From assembly GCA_050916045.1 (NCBI GenBank), contig CP051526.1, positions 1 through 64,000 on the forward strand: DNA of 64,000 nucleotides. Reading direction: 5' to 3'. Both the position numbers and the translations under genes were made by a program. A model generated the notes under the pieces. The model did no database searches and was not told where the DNA came from. It was given only the letters and a program-made list of their open reading frames with translations. The stretch comes from Tepidisphaera sp. (lineage in GTDB: Bacteria > Planctomycetota > Phycisphaerae > Phycisphaerales > UBA1924). Below are positions 28,982-39,200 of this stretch, piece by piece (within the stretch, counting starts at the first letter, position 1; every line of letters begins with the position of its first letter).

Positions 28982-29004
28982 TGTCAATTCCGGTTAGATT
29001 GACA
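28982..29004. promoter_or_regulatory. Palindromic operator-like site
   Basis: TGTCAAT-N9-ATTGACA in an AT-rich promoter region, just after a TTGATT...TATCAT promoter-like element. Confidence 0.5.
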
Positions 29005-29025
29005 CACTTTTGAGCAGGATCTCAC

Positions 29026-29481
29026 ATGGCACGAAAAGCATCGGCAGGCAAAGCTCCTTCTTTGGGTCAGCTTTCGACGGATGAGCTGGCTCGGGAGCTT
29101 CAGAAGCGGCAGCGGGCGCTGCCGGGTCTGTACAACAAGCTCGCGAAAGCGGAAGCGAAGGTTCGCCGCATCATGGCAGCGATTCAGACCTTGGGTGGCG
29201 CAACCAAGTCCGCCGTCGCCGCTCCCGGGCGTCGCAAGGGTCTCGTGATGGTCCGCAAGCGTCCGAAGAACGACACGAATCTCGTCGAGGCGCTCGCGAA
29301 GGTTCTCAAGGGCAAGACGATGGGTGTGACGGAAGTGACGCAAGCGGTGCAGGACGCGGGGTACAAGACCTCCGCGGCGAACTTCCGCACGATCGTGAAC
29401 CAGGCTCTGATCCGCAGCGAGCTTTTCCGGAAGGTTTCCCGCGGCCAGTACACGGCTTCGGGGAAGACCTCCGAGAAGTGA
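29026..29481 (+). CDS. Small basic DNA-binding protein (coiled coil + winged-helix-like), nucleoid-associated candidate
   Basis: Lys/Arg-rich; N-terminal coiled coil; C-terminal ...AGYKTSAANFRTIVNQAL...FRKVSRGQY. Confidence 0.75.
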   Translation: MARKASAGKAPSLGQLSTDELARELQKRQRALPGLYNKLAKAEAKVRRIMAAIQTLGGATKSAVAAPGRRKGLVMVRKRPKNDTNLVEALAKVLKGKTMGVTEVTQAVQDAGYKTSAANFRTIVNQALIRSELFRKVSRGQYTASGKTSEK

Positions 29482-29505
29482 GCGGGCGGGCAGTTTGAAG
29501 ACAAC

Positions 29506-29544
29506 CAGCCGCGCGGGGCAATCCTCGCGCGGCTGTTCGTTTTT
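29506..29544 (+). terminator. Rho-independent terminator
   Basis: CAGCCGCGCGGGG-CAAT-CCTCGCGCGGCTG followed by TTCGTTTTT. Confidence 0.8.
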
Positions 29545-29789
29545 GAGGGCAGAAGCCTGATGAGATGCGGGAGATCTGGAAGCGGATCGGGCGAGTGGTG
29601 ACGGTGGGGGTGTTCGAGGATTGGGTGTTTGGGGCCGCTTCCCCCTTGCTTGCGCTGCGGGCTCGTAAGGGCTCGCACGGGTGAGCCGATTACGAGTGCG
29701 ATTGCGGATGGGGTCAGGCTTTGAATCGATGGGACAAGAGAAAACCCACGCTTGCGCGTGGGCTCGTGGTTGCTTGGATGTGGCGGGAA

Positions 29790-30089
29790 TCAGTAGGCGA
29801 CGGGGTAGGGGGTCAGGCGGCTGGGGCGATCGAGGAGCATCGCGCGGAGGAAGTCGTCGTGAGCCTGCAGGAGGTTCTGGTCGAACGTCACGCCGTAGAT
29901 GCGGTTGTCAACCTCGTACTGAGCCATGGCCGGGGTGGTCTCGACCGGCGTGGGGTTGAGCATGATGGCGGAGTGCGACTCGCCCTGAAGCGAAGACGAA
30001 CTCGAGCAAGCGCCGAGGAAAGCGGCGGCGAGGCCGGCGATCGAGGCGAGAGCGAGTCGGGTTGCGAGGCGAGCTGAACGGTTCTGCAT
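29790..30089 (-). CDS. Small lipoprotein, hypothetical
   Basis: AAGGAG RBS, lipobox LGAC, upstream TTGACG-17-TACAAC promoter-like element. Confidence 0.72.
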   Translation of the reverse strand: MQNRSARLATRLALASIAGLAAAFLGACSSSSSLQGESHSAIMLNPTPVETTPAMAQYEVDNRIYGVTFDQNLLQAHDDFLRAMLLDRPSRLTPYPVAY

Positions 30090-30416
30090 AAAGGCTCCTT
30101 CCGCCTCCCATGTGGCGGGAGGAGAGTTGTACCGTGGATCAGGCTTGGCGTCAACCGGCGGGGGTGGCTGGTCGGCAATGCCCGGGGCGTCCGCTTGGTG
30201 TTTGTTCCCCACATCAGGGTTTGGCGTGGGGATCAGCGGGACCGCTTGCGAGGTGGTTTTCGGGGGTGGGGGGTCGGCGGTTCCGGTTTTTCGCAAAGGT
30301 GGCAAGAAACGTGGCTTGGGGTGTCAATCCGGCACCTTCGACGTCGCCCGGAATGGTCGCGGGGGCGATGGGGCGGCTTGGGCGTGGGGAAGCGGCGTGG
30401 GGGTGCCTGTTGGGAT

Positions 30417-30432
30417 CGGCATGGAGGTTGCA
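30417..30432 (+). promoter_or_regulatory. Putative sigma-54 (-24/-12) promoter of clpB
   Basis: CGGCATGGAGGTTGCA = GG-N10-GC with TTGC. Confidence 0.55.
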
Positions 30433-30516
30433 CATGGAGTATGGGTGGGGCGAGGGTGGAGGGGGAAGGTGCGGGCCGGATGTGGAGCGCGGTTGGGGTT
30501 TGCGGCGGAGGTTCTG

Positions 30517-33237
30517 ATGCGGATGGACAAGTTCACGACGGCGGCCCAGCAGGTCTTGGCTTCGGCGCAGGCGGCGGCGGCTTCGCGGAGCCATCCGGAG
30601 CTGGGTGGGTTGCACATCTTGCTCGCCCTGATGGAAGAAGAGGGCGGTGCGGCGGCGCTGGCATTGGCCAGGGCCGGGGTTTCGGCGGATGTAGCGAGGG
30701 CTGGTGCGGAGCGCGAGCTTGCGAAGCTCCCGACGGTGAGCGGGGGCGCGGGGCAGGGGGGACGGCAGCTTCTGGAGATTCTGGCGAAAGCGGAGTCGGA
30801 AGCCAAGCGGCTTGAGGATCAGTTCGTGAGCACGGAGCATCTGCTGCTTGCGATCAGCGAAGCGGATCAGTCGGTGAAGAGTGTGTTTGGGAAGGTGGGC
30901 AAAGCGAAGCTGCTCGAGACGATCAAGCAGGTTCGGAAGGAGTCGGGCGTGACGAACATCAACGATCAGCACGGGGAAGCGAACCTGGACGCTCTGAACA
31001 AGTACGCGATCGATCTGACGGAGCGGGCGCGGAGCGGCAAGCTTGATCCCGTGATCGGCCGGGATGAGGAGATCCGTCGGTGCGTGCAGGTGCTTGGTCG
31101 GCGGACGAAGAACAATCCGGTGCTGATCGGTGAGCCGGGCGTGGGCAAGACCGCGATCGCGGAGGGCTTGGCGCAGCGGATCGTGGCGGGGGACTGTCCC
31201 GAGAACATGCGCGGCGTGAAGATCATGGCGCTGGATGTCGGGCGGCTGCTCGCGGGAGCGAAATTTCGCGGGGAGTTTGAGGATCGGCTGAAAGCGGTGC
31301 TTCGCGAGGCGCAGGCTTCCGAGGGGCGGATCGTGCTTTTCATCGATGAGCTTCACACGATCATCGGAGCGGGCGCGGCGGAAGGCGCGGTGTCGGCGGG
31401 GAACCTGCTGAAGCCGGCGCTCGCGCGCGGCGAGCTTCGGTGCGTTGGAGCGACGACGCTTGACGAGTATCGCAAGCACGTGGAGAAGGATGCGGCATTC
31501 GAGCGGCGATTCCAACCGATCTATGTCGATCAGCCGAGCTTGGAAGCGACGGTGGCGATTCTGCGCGGGCTCAAGCCGCGGTACGAATCGCACCACGGAG
31601 TGCGGATCCAGGACTCGGCGATTCTCGCGGCGGCGAACTTGAGCCACCGGTACATCGCGGACCGGTTTCTGCCGGACAAAGCGATTGACCTGATGGATGA
31701 AGCGGCGAGCCGGCTTGCGATTGAGATCAGCAGTGTGCCGGAAGAGATCGACAGGCTGATCCGGCGGAAGACGCAGCTTGAGCTGACGCTGAATCAGTTG
31801 AAGATGGAGAAGGGCGGGGACGCGGACAAGCAGCTTGTCGGCGTGAAGGAGGAACTCACCGATGTTGAACGAGAACTCCAGGAACTTCGGACGCAGTGGG
31901 AGCTTGAGAAAGCGGGACTCGGGGACGAGGGGAAGCTCCGGAAGGAATACGACCAGCGGAAGGCGGCGTTCGAGCAGCGAATGGCTTCGATCCAGGACCG
32001 GTCGCGGCGCGGCGATCGCGTACCCGAGAGCGAGTTCCTGGGGATGGCGGAGGAAGACACCGCGCTCAAAGCCATGAAGTCCAGGCTGGAAGCGAGCGAG
32101 AAGTCCGGCGGCAGCAAAGCCACACGGGCGAAGAAGCCGCTTCTCAAGCAGGAGGTGGATGCGGAAGAGATCGCTGAGGTGGTGTCGCGCTGGACGGGGA
32201 TTCCGGTGAGCAAGCTCGTCGAGGGCGAGCGTGACAAGTTGCTTCGGATGGAGGATGGGCTTCGGGCACGCGTCATCGGGCAGGATCACGCGCTGCAGGC
32301 GGTCGCGAACGCGGTACGACGATCGCGGGCCGGGCTTGGTGATCCCAAGCGGCCGATCGGGTCGTTTCTTTTCCTTGGTCCGACGGGCGTGGGCAAGACG
32401 GAAGCGTGCAAGGCGCTCGCGGAGTTTCTGTTCGACACCGAGGATGCGGTGGTGCGGATCGACATGAGCGAGTATGGCGAGAAGCACGCGGTCGCGCGGC
32501 TCCTCGGCGCCCCTCCGGGGTATGTCGGGTTTGAAGAGGGTGGGCAGCTTACGGAAGCGATTCGTCGTCGGCCGTACAGCGTGGTGCTGCTTGATGAGAT
32601 CGAGAAGGCGCACCCCGAGGTGTTCAACGTGCTGCTTCAGGTGCTTGACGACGGCCGGTTGACGGACGGTCAGGGCCGGACGGTGGACTTCAAGAACACG
32701 ATCATCGTGATGACGAGCAACTTCGGGAGCCAGCAGATTCAGGAACTGGCGTCGAAGGGCGCAGAGGACTGGGAGATCGAAGCGTGCGTGAACGAGCTGC
32801 TTCGTCGCGGGCCGGCACGGGTCGCGATGGAGGAGATCGGGAAAGCGACGGGCGTGTCGCCGAAGGTGCTTGAGGTGATGGCGAACTTCCAGGGGAGCGG
32901 TTTCCTTCGGCCGGAGGTGTTGAACCGGATTGACGAGACGGTGGTGTTCCACCAGCTCAAGCGGGAGGACATGGGGCGGATCGCGGAGATCCAGATCGGG
33001 CGGGTGGCGGCGCGGCTTGTGGATCGCGGCCTCACACTGGAGGTGTCGGCGGAAGCGAAGGCGCAGCTCGCGATCGAGGGGTGGGACCCGGCGTTCGGGG
33101 CTCGCCCGCTGAAGCGGACGATTCAGGAGCGGGTGGAGAATGCACTGGCGGAGCGAGTGCTTCGCGGGGAGTTCGCGGAGGGCGATCGGGTGCTGGTGGG
33201 GTGGGACGGGAACGCGTTCACGTTCCAGCGGGGGTGA
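30517..33237 (+). CDS. clpB: ATP-dependent disaggregase ClpB
   Basis: MRMDKFT start after [13 protein letters not shown] and GPTGVGKT Walker A motifs, LPDKAIDL, coiled-coil M domain, [16 protein letters not shown]. Confidence 0.96.
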   Translation: MRMDKFTTAAQQVLASAQAAAASRSHPELGGLHILLALMEEEGGAAALALARAGVSADVARAGAERELAKLPTVSGGAGQGGRQLLEILAKAESEAKRLEDQFVSTEHLLLAISEADQSVKSVFGKVGKAKLLETIKQVRKESGVTNINDQHGEANLDALNKYAIDLTERARSGKLDPVIGRDEEIRRCVQVLGRRTKNNPVLIGEPGVGKTAIAEGLAQRIVAGDCPENMRGVKIMALDVGRLLAGAKFRGEFEDRLKAVLREAQASEGRIVLFIDELHTIIGAGAAEGAVSAGNLLKPALARGELRCVGATTLDEYRKHVEKDAAFERRFQPIYVDQPSLEATVAILRGLKPRYESHHGVRIQDSAILAAANLSHRYIADRFLPDKAIDLMDEAASRLAIEISSVPEEIDRLIRRKTQLELTLNQLKMEKGGDADKQLVGVKEELTDVERELQELRTQWELEKAGLGDEGKLRKEYDQRKAAFEQRMASIQDRSRRGDRVPESEFLGMAEEDTALKAMKSRLEASEKSGGSKATRAKKPLLKQEVDAEEIAEVVSRWTGIPVSKLVEGERDKLLRMEDGLRARVIGQDHALQAVANAVRRSRAGLGDPKRPIGSFLFLGPTGVGKTEACKALAEFLFDTEDAVVRIDMSEYGEKHAVARLLGAPPGYVGFEEGGQLTEAIRRRPYSVVLLDEIEKAHPEVFNVLLQVLDDGRLTDGQGRTVDFKNTIIVMTSNFGSQQIQELASKGAEDWEIEACVNELLRRGPARVAMEEIGKATGVSPKVLEVMANFQGSGFLRPEVLNRIDETVVFHQLKREDMGRIAEIQIGRVAARLVDRGLTLEVSAEAKAQLAIEGWDPAFGARPLKRTIQERVENALAERVLRGEFAEGDRVLVGWDGNAFTFQRG

Positions 33238-33275
33238 TCGGACCCGGGGCGGGTGCGAAAAGGGGTTGCAAGTCA

Positions 33276-33317
33276 AAGAGGGCCGATGGTTTGATGGAAC
33301 CGTCGGCTCGCTTTTTG
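33276..33317 (+). terminator. Rho-independent terminator after clpB
   Basis: GGCCGATGGTT-loop-AACCGTCGGCT followed by CGCTTTTT. Confidence 0.7.
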
Positions 33318-33344
33318 TGTATTGTTCGTCACGGAGGATGCCCG

Positions 33345-34250
33345 ATGCGCCGGCGCGGCTTTACGTTGATTGAGCTTCTGGTCGTGATCGCGATCATCGG
33401 GCTTTTGATCGGGCTGCTTCTGCCGGCGCTGGGAGCGGCGCGGCGGTCGGGTCGGCAGACGGTGTGTCTGGCGAACATGAGAACGCTTGTCGTCGGTTGG
33501 CAGATGTACTCGGATGCGAATCGAGATGTGATTGTGGCGCACCGGGCGCCGGACCTGCCGGGTGGGATGGGCAATCCGGCGAACATGCACGAGGTGGGCA
33601 ACGGGCTGAAGTTTCGGCCGACGTGGATCGCGCGGATGGGGCAGTATGTCGGGGTGTACGCGTTTGTCGAGCCACGCACGGACAACGGGCGGCAGGACTT
33701 TGAGAGCAAGGTGTATGTCTGTCCGGAAGCTTCGGACCGGGTGGATGAGCGGAACGCCGCGTACGGGTACAACTACCAGTTTCTTGGGAATAGCCGGCTC
33801 ACGAACGGCCGGTATCACAACTGGCCCGTGAAAATGAGCAAGATCACGCTTCCGTCGGGGACGGTGGTGGCGGGGGACTCGATGGGGACGGCGGCGGGGG
33901 CTTCGCTTGAGAGCAGGACTCCCTACGCGAACGACGGCCGGGATGAGCATTCTTACGGCAACGAAGGATACATCTTCGATCCGCCGCGGCTTGCGGCCGG
34001 CGGGGACATTTCGAACGCGTTTCGCGGGGGGATGGAAGACCGGCACGGGGCGAAGGGGTGGAATCAGGGCCGTGTGGTGGCGATGTTCGCCGATGGTCAT
34101 GCGGATGCGAAGTCGCTTCAGAGCCTGGGGTACCGGATCACGGATGACCGCAGCTTTGCACTCTTCTCGTATGGCGGGGCGTACGGGGACCCGGACAACT
34201 CGCTTTTCAGCGGGACGGGGACGGATGAGGATCCGCCGCTGCTGCCGTGA
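33345..34250 (+). CDS. Prepilin-type N-terminal cleavage/methylation protein with H-X9-DG-like C-terminal motif (planctomycete type)
   Basis: RRGFTLIELLVVIAIIGLLIGLLLPAL; RH...VAMFADGH. Confidence 0.9.
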   Translation: MRRRGFTLIELLVVIAIIGLLIGLLLPALGAARRSGRQTVCLANMRTLVVGWQMYSDANRDVIVAHRAPDLPGGMGNPANMHEVGNGLKFRPTWIARMGQYVGVYAFVEPRTDNGRQDFESKVYVCPEASDRVDERNAAYGYNYQFLGNSRLTNGRYHNWPVKMSKITLPSGTVVAGDSMGTAAGASLESRTPYANDGRDEHSYGNEGYIFDPPRLAAGGDISNAFRGGMEDRHGAKGWNQGRVVAMFADGHADAKSLQSLGYRITDDRSFALFSYGGAYGDPDNSLFSGTGTDEDPPLLP

Positions 34251-34315
34251 GCGGATTGGCGCGAACTTAAGCGTGTCTGAGCGTTCGCTTGTGCCCGACC
34301 CCGGACACTTTGTGG

Positions 34316-35149
34316 ATGACAAGCATGCTGTTCATGGCGGCGGTTGCGGCATTGTCGGGCGGGCCGGAGCTGGTGGAGGTTCCGGCTTCGCGGGACTCGA
34401 CGCTTTATCAATCGAACACGGGCGAGGTTGCCAATGGATCGGGTCAGCATCTGTTCGCGGGTGTGACGCTTCGCGAGGGTTCTTTGCGGCGGTGTGTGCT
34501 TTACTTTGATGTGGCGTCGGCGGTTCCGAGTGGGGCGCGGGTGGTGTCGGCGAGTCTCCGGCTGAATGTCTCGCGCACGCCGCGGGATCAGTCGAGCGTG
34601 GTGACCGTGCACGAGGTGTTGCGCTCGTGGAGCGAGGGGCCGAGCGATGCCGAGGGAGAAGAAGGCATCGGCGCTCCCACGATGAGCGGCGACAGCACCT
34701 GGATTCACTCGAGCTTTCCGAACGAGCGCTGGTCGAGAGCCGGCGGCGATTTTGGTCCCTCGCTGACGCAGACGGAGGTGTTGAACGAGGGCTTCTACAC
34801 ATGGCCGAGCACCCAAGCGTTCACGGAGCTGGTGTCGGCGTGGGCGGGGTCGCCTGCGGCCAATGTCGGCGTGCTGCTTCGAGGGACGGAGACGACGACC
34901 GGGAACACGAAGCGGTTTGATTCGAGGGAGAACGAGAATGCCGCGGTTCGGCCTGCTTTGCAGGTGTGGTACCGCTGTCTCGCGGACTTCAACGAGGACG
35001 ACTTCGTGGACTTCTTCGACTATCAGGCATTCGTGAGCTGCTTTGAGGGTCTTTGCGAGCCCGGGCTTGATGCGGACGCCAATCAGGACGGGTTCGTCGA
35101 TTTCTTCGACTACGACCGGTTTGTGACGGTGTTTGAGACGGGGTGTTGA
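34316..35149 (+). CDS. Secreted DNRLRE-like domain protein with GC-type dockerin-like C-terminus (start approximate)
   Basis: RDSTLY, RRCVLYFDV, WSRAGGDF, FDSREN...RPAL; DFNEDDFVDFFDY, ends FETGC. Confidence 0.8.
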   Translation: MTSMLFMAAVAALSGGPELVEVPASRDSTLYQSNTGEVANGSGQHLFAGVTLREGSLRRCVLYFDVASAVPSGARVVSASLRLNVSRTPRDQSSVVTVHEVLRSWSEGPSDAEGEEGIGAPTMSGDSTWIHSSFPNERWSRAGGDFGPSLTQTEVLNEGFYTWPSTQAFTELVSAWAGSPAANVGVLLRGTETTTGNTKRFDSRENENAAVRPALQVWYRCLADFNEDDFVDFFDYQAFVSCFEGLCEPGLDADANQDGFVDFFDYDRFVTVFETGC

Positions 35150-35308
35150 GGCGAGCGTCGGGCTCCGTCTTCGCTTGCGAGATCGTGGCTTTTCGCCAGA
35201 AACGCCACCGGGCCCCGTCCGAGACCCATCTTGGGTGCGGCACGGGGCCCGGCGTGATGAAGCTTGGAAAGCGGAGGAATCGGTTCAGCGTCGAAGGTCC
35301 GGGTGGAC

Positions 35309-36004
35309 TCAGCGGCGGCGACGGCCGAGGCAGAGGACGCCGAAGCCGGCGAGAACGGCGGTGCCGGGGGTCGGGATCGAGAAGCCCATGACGAGCTGGT
35401 CCTGGGCGCTGCCGCTTCGGAGGCCGGCGAGCTGGGGCGAACCTTCGTTGCTGGACGTCGCGGCGGCGAAGAGCGTGGTGAGGTGGCCGAGAACGGTCGC
35501 GCTGAGGGACGAGCCGTCGGTCTTTGTCGCGCGGAAGTCACCGGCGGTGATGCTCAGCGATCCGGCCGTGCCGTTGTAGTCCGTCACGATCTCCCAGACC
35601 GCGAGCTGGAACGCGGCGGCGAGGGACGCGGTGGCGTTGGAAGCGATCGCGGAAGAGCCCGCGGCGGTGTAGATCGCGCGGATCGCGCCGGCTTTCACGT
35701 TGCCCATCGGGCTGACGTTGGAGACCTGCTCGATCTCGACGACCTCGTAGGGAGTGAAGGAAGACGAGACATACTGGGCGATGTCGGCGCAGAACGTGCG
35801 GTGGTCGCCGTTGAGCGCGGCTTCGGAGCCGGTGCCGTTGGCGATCTGGTGGCGAAGCTGGCCGGCGAAGACGTTGCGCTGATTGCCGAAGTGCGAGATC
35901 CGCACCGAGGAACCTTCGCCCGTGCCGAGGAACTTCATGTCGACGAACCCGGCGTTGGCGGAAGCGGCAGCGGCGGCGACAAGGACGAACGCGATGGTCT
36001 TCAT
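35309..36004 (-). CDS. PEP-CTERM-type sorted surface protein
   Basis: Signal peptide, TFCADI, AAFQLAVWEIV, QDQL, C-terminal IPTPG-TM-RRRR. Confidence 0.88.
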   Translation of the reverse strand: MKTIAFVLVAAAAASANAGFVDMKFLGTGEGSSVRISHFGNQRNVFAGQLRHQIANGTGSEAALNGDHRTFCADIAQYVSSSFTPYEVVEIEQVSNVSPMGNVKAGAIRAIYTAAGSSAIASNATASLAAAFQLAVWEIVTDYNGTAGSLSITAGDFRATKTDGSSLSATVLGHLTTLFAAATSSNEGSPQLAGLRSGSAQDQLVMGFSIPTPGTAVLAGFGVLCLGRRRR

Positions 36005-36272
36005 GGCTTGATACTCCGTTATCGTGTCCCGCTCCGATCCGTGGAGCGGGTTGTGTGTACACCATGCCGCACAAACCGGCTCCCGGCCACGGAAAGCCGG
36101 CCAGCGAGGCCCGACGGGGGTCGCCCGGATCGGGGGCGCGGTGTGCAAGGGCTGACGGTTGCCGTTCTGGGACACCCGATTCGCGATTGGGGCGTTTTCT
36201 TCGCTTTCCGGACGCCCGAGCGTCGGATAAAGTGCCCCCAGGCTTCCCCCTCGGTAGCCTGCCCTTTCACCC

Positions 36273-39200
36273 ATGGCCGACGCACCCTCCAAACCCGCTC
36301 CGCCCGCGCCCGCGATCCCCCGCGAGAAGCAGTTCGTCCACCTGCACCTGCACACGGAGTACTCGCTGCTCGACGGCGGCAACCGCGTGGACAAGCTCGT
36401 GGCCCGCGTTGCTGAACTCGGCATGACGGCCGTCGCGGTGACGGACCACGGCAACATCTTCGGAGCGGCTTCGGTCTACGCCGCGTGCAAGGAAAAGGGG
36501 ATCAAGCCGATCCTCGGCTGCGAGGCGTACGTGACGCCGCCGGACAAGCCGCGCACGGACCGGACGTACACCGGGGGCGGCGAGGGCGGGTACCACCTCG
36601 TCCTGCTGTGCGAAAACAACACGGGGTGGCAGAACCTGCTCGTGCTTGCGAGCGAAGCGTACCTCACCGGGTTCTACTACAAGCCGCGCATCGACCGCGA
36701 GCTTCTCGCCAAGCACAGCGAAGGCCTGATCGCGATCAACGGGCACCTGGGCAGCGAGATCGGCGAGCACCTGCTTGATTTCGAGCGCTCGGGCGACCGC
36801 AAGTACTGGCTTCTCGCGGTGGAGTCCGCGACGTGGCACAAGAAGACGTTCCCGGGGCGGTTCTACGTCGAGCTTCAGCACCACATCAAAGAACAGAACT
36901 CGATCAACAAGCACCTGATCAAGCTCGCGGATGAGCTTGGCCTGCCGCTGGTGTGCGACAACGACTCGCACTTCCTCAAAGCCGAGGACCACGACGCGCA
37001 CGACACGCTCGTCTGCATCTCGACGGCCAAGAGCAAGTTTGACGAGCAGCGGATGAAGTATCCCGAGGCGCTCTACGTCAAGAGCCCCTCGGAGATGCGC
37101 GAGCTTTTCGAGGGGACGTACGGCGAGATCGGCCGCAAGGCGTGCGACGCGACGGTCGAGATCGCCGAGCGCTGCAATGTCGAGCTTCCGCTGGGCAAGA
37201 ACAACTCCCCGATGGTGCGGATCGCGCTGCCGACGGCGAAATCGCTTCCCAAGCACGACGACCGTGAGTTCGCCGGCGACCTGACCGCGTGGTATACGGC
37301 GTACTGCGCGAAGTTCAACGTCGAACCGTTCGACCACACGCCGACGGCGGAGGAGCTCGCGGCGTCAAAGACGGATTGCGACGCGGCGCTTCGGATGCTG
37401 GCGGAAGCGGGGTTTGTGTGGCGGTACGGGGCCGATGCCGCCGCGAAGAGCGCGGAGCGGAGAGCGCGGCTTGAGCGCGAGCTCAAGATCCTCGCCGACA
37501 AGAACATCTCCGCGTACTTCCTGATCGTGTGGGACTTCGTCAACTGGGGCCGGCAGCGGGGGATCCCGGCGAACGCGCGTGGATCGGGCGTCGGCACGAT
37601 GGTGGGGTACGTGCTCGGCCTGTCGAACGCGTGCCCGGTCGAGTACGGCTTGCTTTTTGAGCGGTTCACCGATCCCGATCGAAGCGAGTATCCGGATATC
37701 GATATCGACCTGTGCCAGGACGGGCGCGGGGACGTCATCAACCATGTGCGGACCAAGTACGGCCACGTGGCGCAGATCATCACGTTCGGGACGATGAAAG
37801 CCCGCGCGGCGATCCGCGATGTGGCTCGCGTGCTTGAGGTGTCGCTGCCGGTCGCGGACCGGATCGCCAAGCTCATCCCCGAAACGCTGAACATCACGCT
37901 TGAAGAGTCGCTTGAGCAGGAGCCTGAGCTTCAGGGTGTGTACGACGGCCTGCGGCCGAATTTGGAGCGGGTGAACGCGAACCTGCCGGTCGAGCAGCAC
38001 ATCACGGCGGAGCGGGCGCGGTCGCTTCTTGATCAAGCGATGACGCTCGAGGGCCAGGTGCGGCATGCGGGCGTGCACGCGGCGGGCGTGATCGTCGCGA
38101 CGCGGCCGCTTCAGGAGATCGTGCCGCTTTATCGGCAGACGGGGAGCGAAGAGAACGAGATCGTGACGCAGTGGGACGGTCCCACGTGCGAGAAGATGGG
38201 CCTCTTGAAGATGGACTTCCTCGGGCTGAGGACGCTTTCTGTCGTCGAGCGGGCGAAGAAGCTCATTCGCGGGGGATTGACCGAGGAAGCGATCCACGAA
38301 GCAGTGGGGCGGAAGAAGGGTGACGGCAAGCCGCATCCGCTGGATCTTGACCGGCTGGACTACGGCGACCAGTGCGTCTTCGAGATGTTCCGGCGCGGTG
38401 ACACAACGGGCGTGTTTCAGTTTGAATCAGAGGGCATGCGACGGCTTCTGCGCGATATGAAGCCAGACCGCCTCGAAGACCTGATCGCGGCCAACGCTCT
38501 GTTCCGGCCGGGCCCGATGGACCTGATCCCCGACTACAACGCTCGCAAGCACGGCAAGCAGGAGGTCCCGAAGGTTCACGAGATCGTGGACCGGTATACC
38601 GGCGAGACGTACGGCGTCATGGTGTACCAGGAACAGGTCATGCAGATCGTGCACGGCTTGGGCGGGATCAAGCTCCGCGATGCGTACACGTTGATCAAGA
38701 ACATCAGCAAGAAGAAGCACGACAAGATCGAGAAGGAACGGCCCAAATTCGTCGAGGGGTCGCAGAAGCAGGGGTTGACGAAGCAGCAAGCCGAGGAGTT
38801 GTTCGAGCTCATCCTGAAGTTCGCGGGGTACGGCTTCAACAAGAGCCATTCGACCGGCTACGCCATCGTCGCGTATCAGACCGCGTACCTCAAGACGTAT
38901 TTCCCAAGCCAGTACATGGCGGCGTTCCTGACGTACGAAAGCCAGGCGAACAAGGTGAGCGAGTGGATCCCGTACCTCGAGGATGCTCGCAAGTGCAAAT
39001 GCGTCGATCCGCTGACGCGGCAGCCGATCACGAGCGGGATCGAGATCCGTCCGCCGGACGTGAACATGTCCGATGCGGATTTCTCGGTGGTCTATGACGA
39101 GAGCGATCCGCCGCCCGCGGAACGAAGGGCTCACCACGGGCACATGCGGTTCGGCCTCAACGGCATCAAGGGAGCCGGCGAGAAAGCGATCCGCGCGGTC

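Noticed and set aside
30112..30516. 135-aa N-terminal extension of ClpB (ClpG-like?)
   Set aside because: Gly/Trp-rich read-through of a G-rich promoter region; the GGAGG RBS supports MRMDKFT at 30517
30214..33276. 1020-aa minus-strand ORF
   Set aside because: Antisense shadow of clpB
36005..36272. Sigma-54 or sigma-28 promoter for the 35309 PEP-CTERM gene
   Set aside because: GGCAAC...TTGC spacing is wrong and the sigma-28 match is too weak
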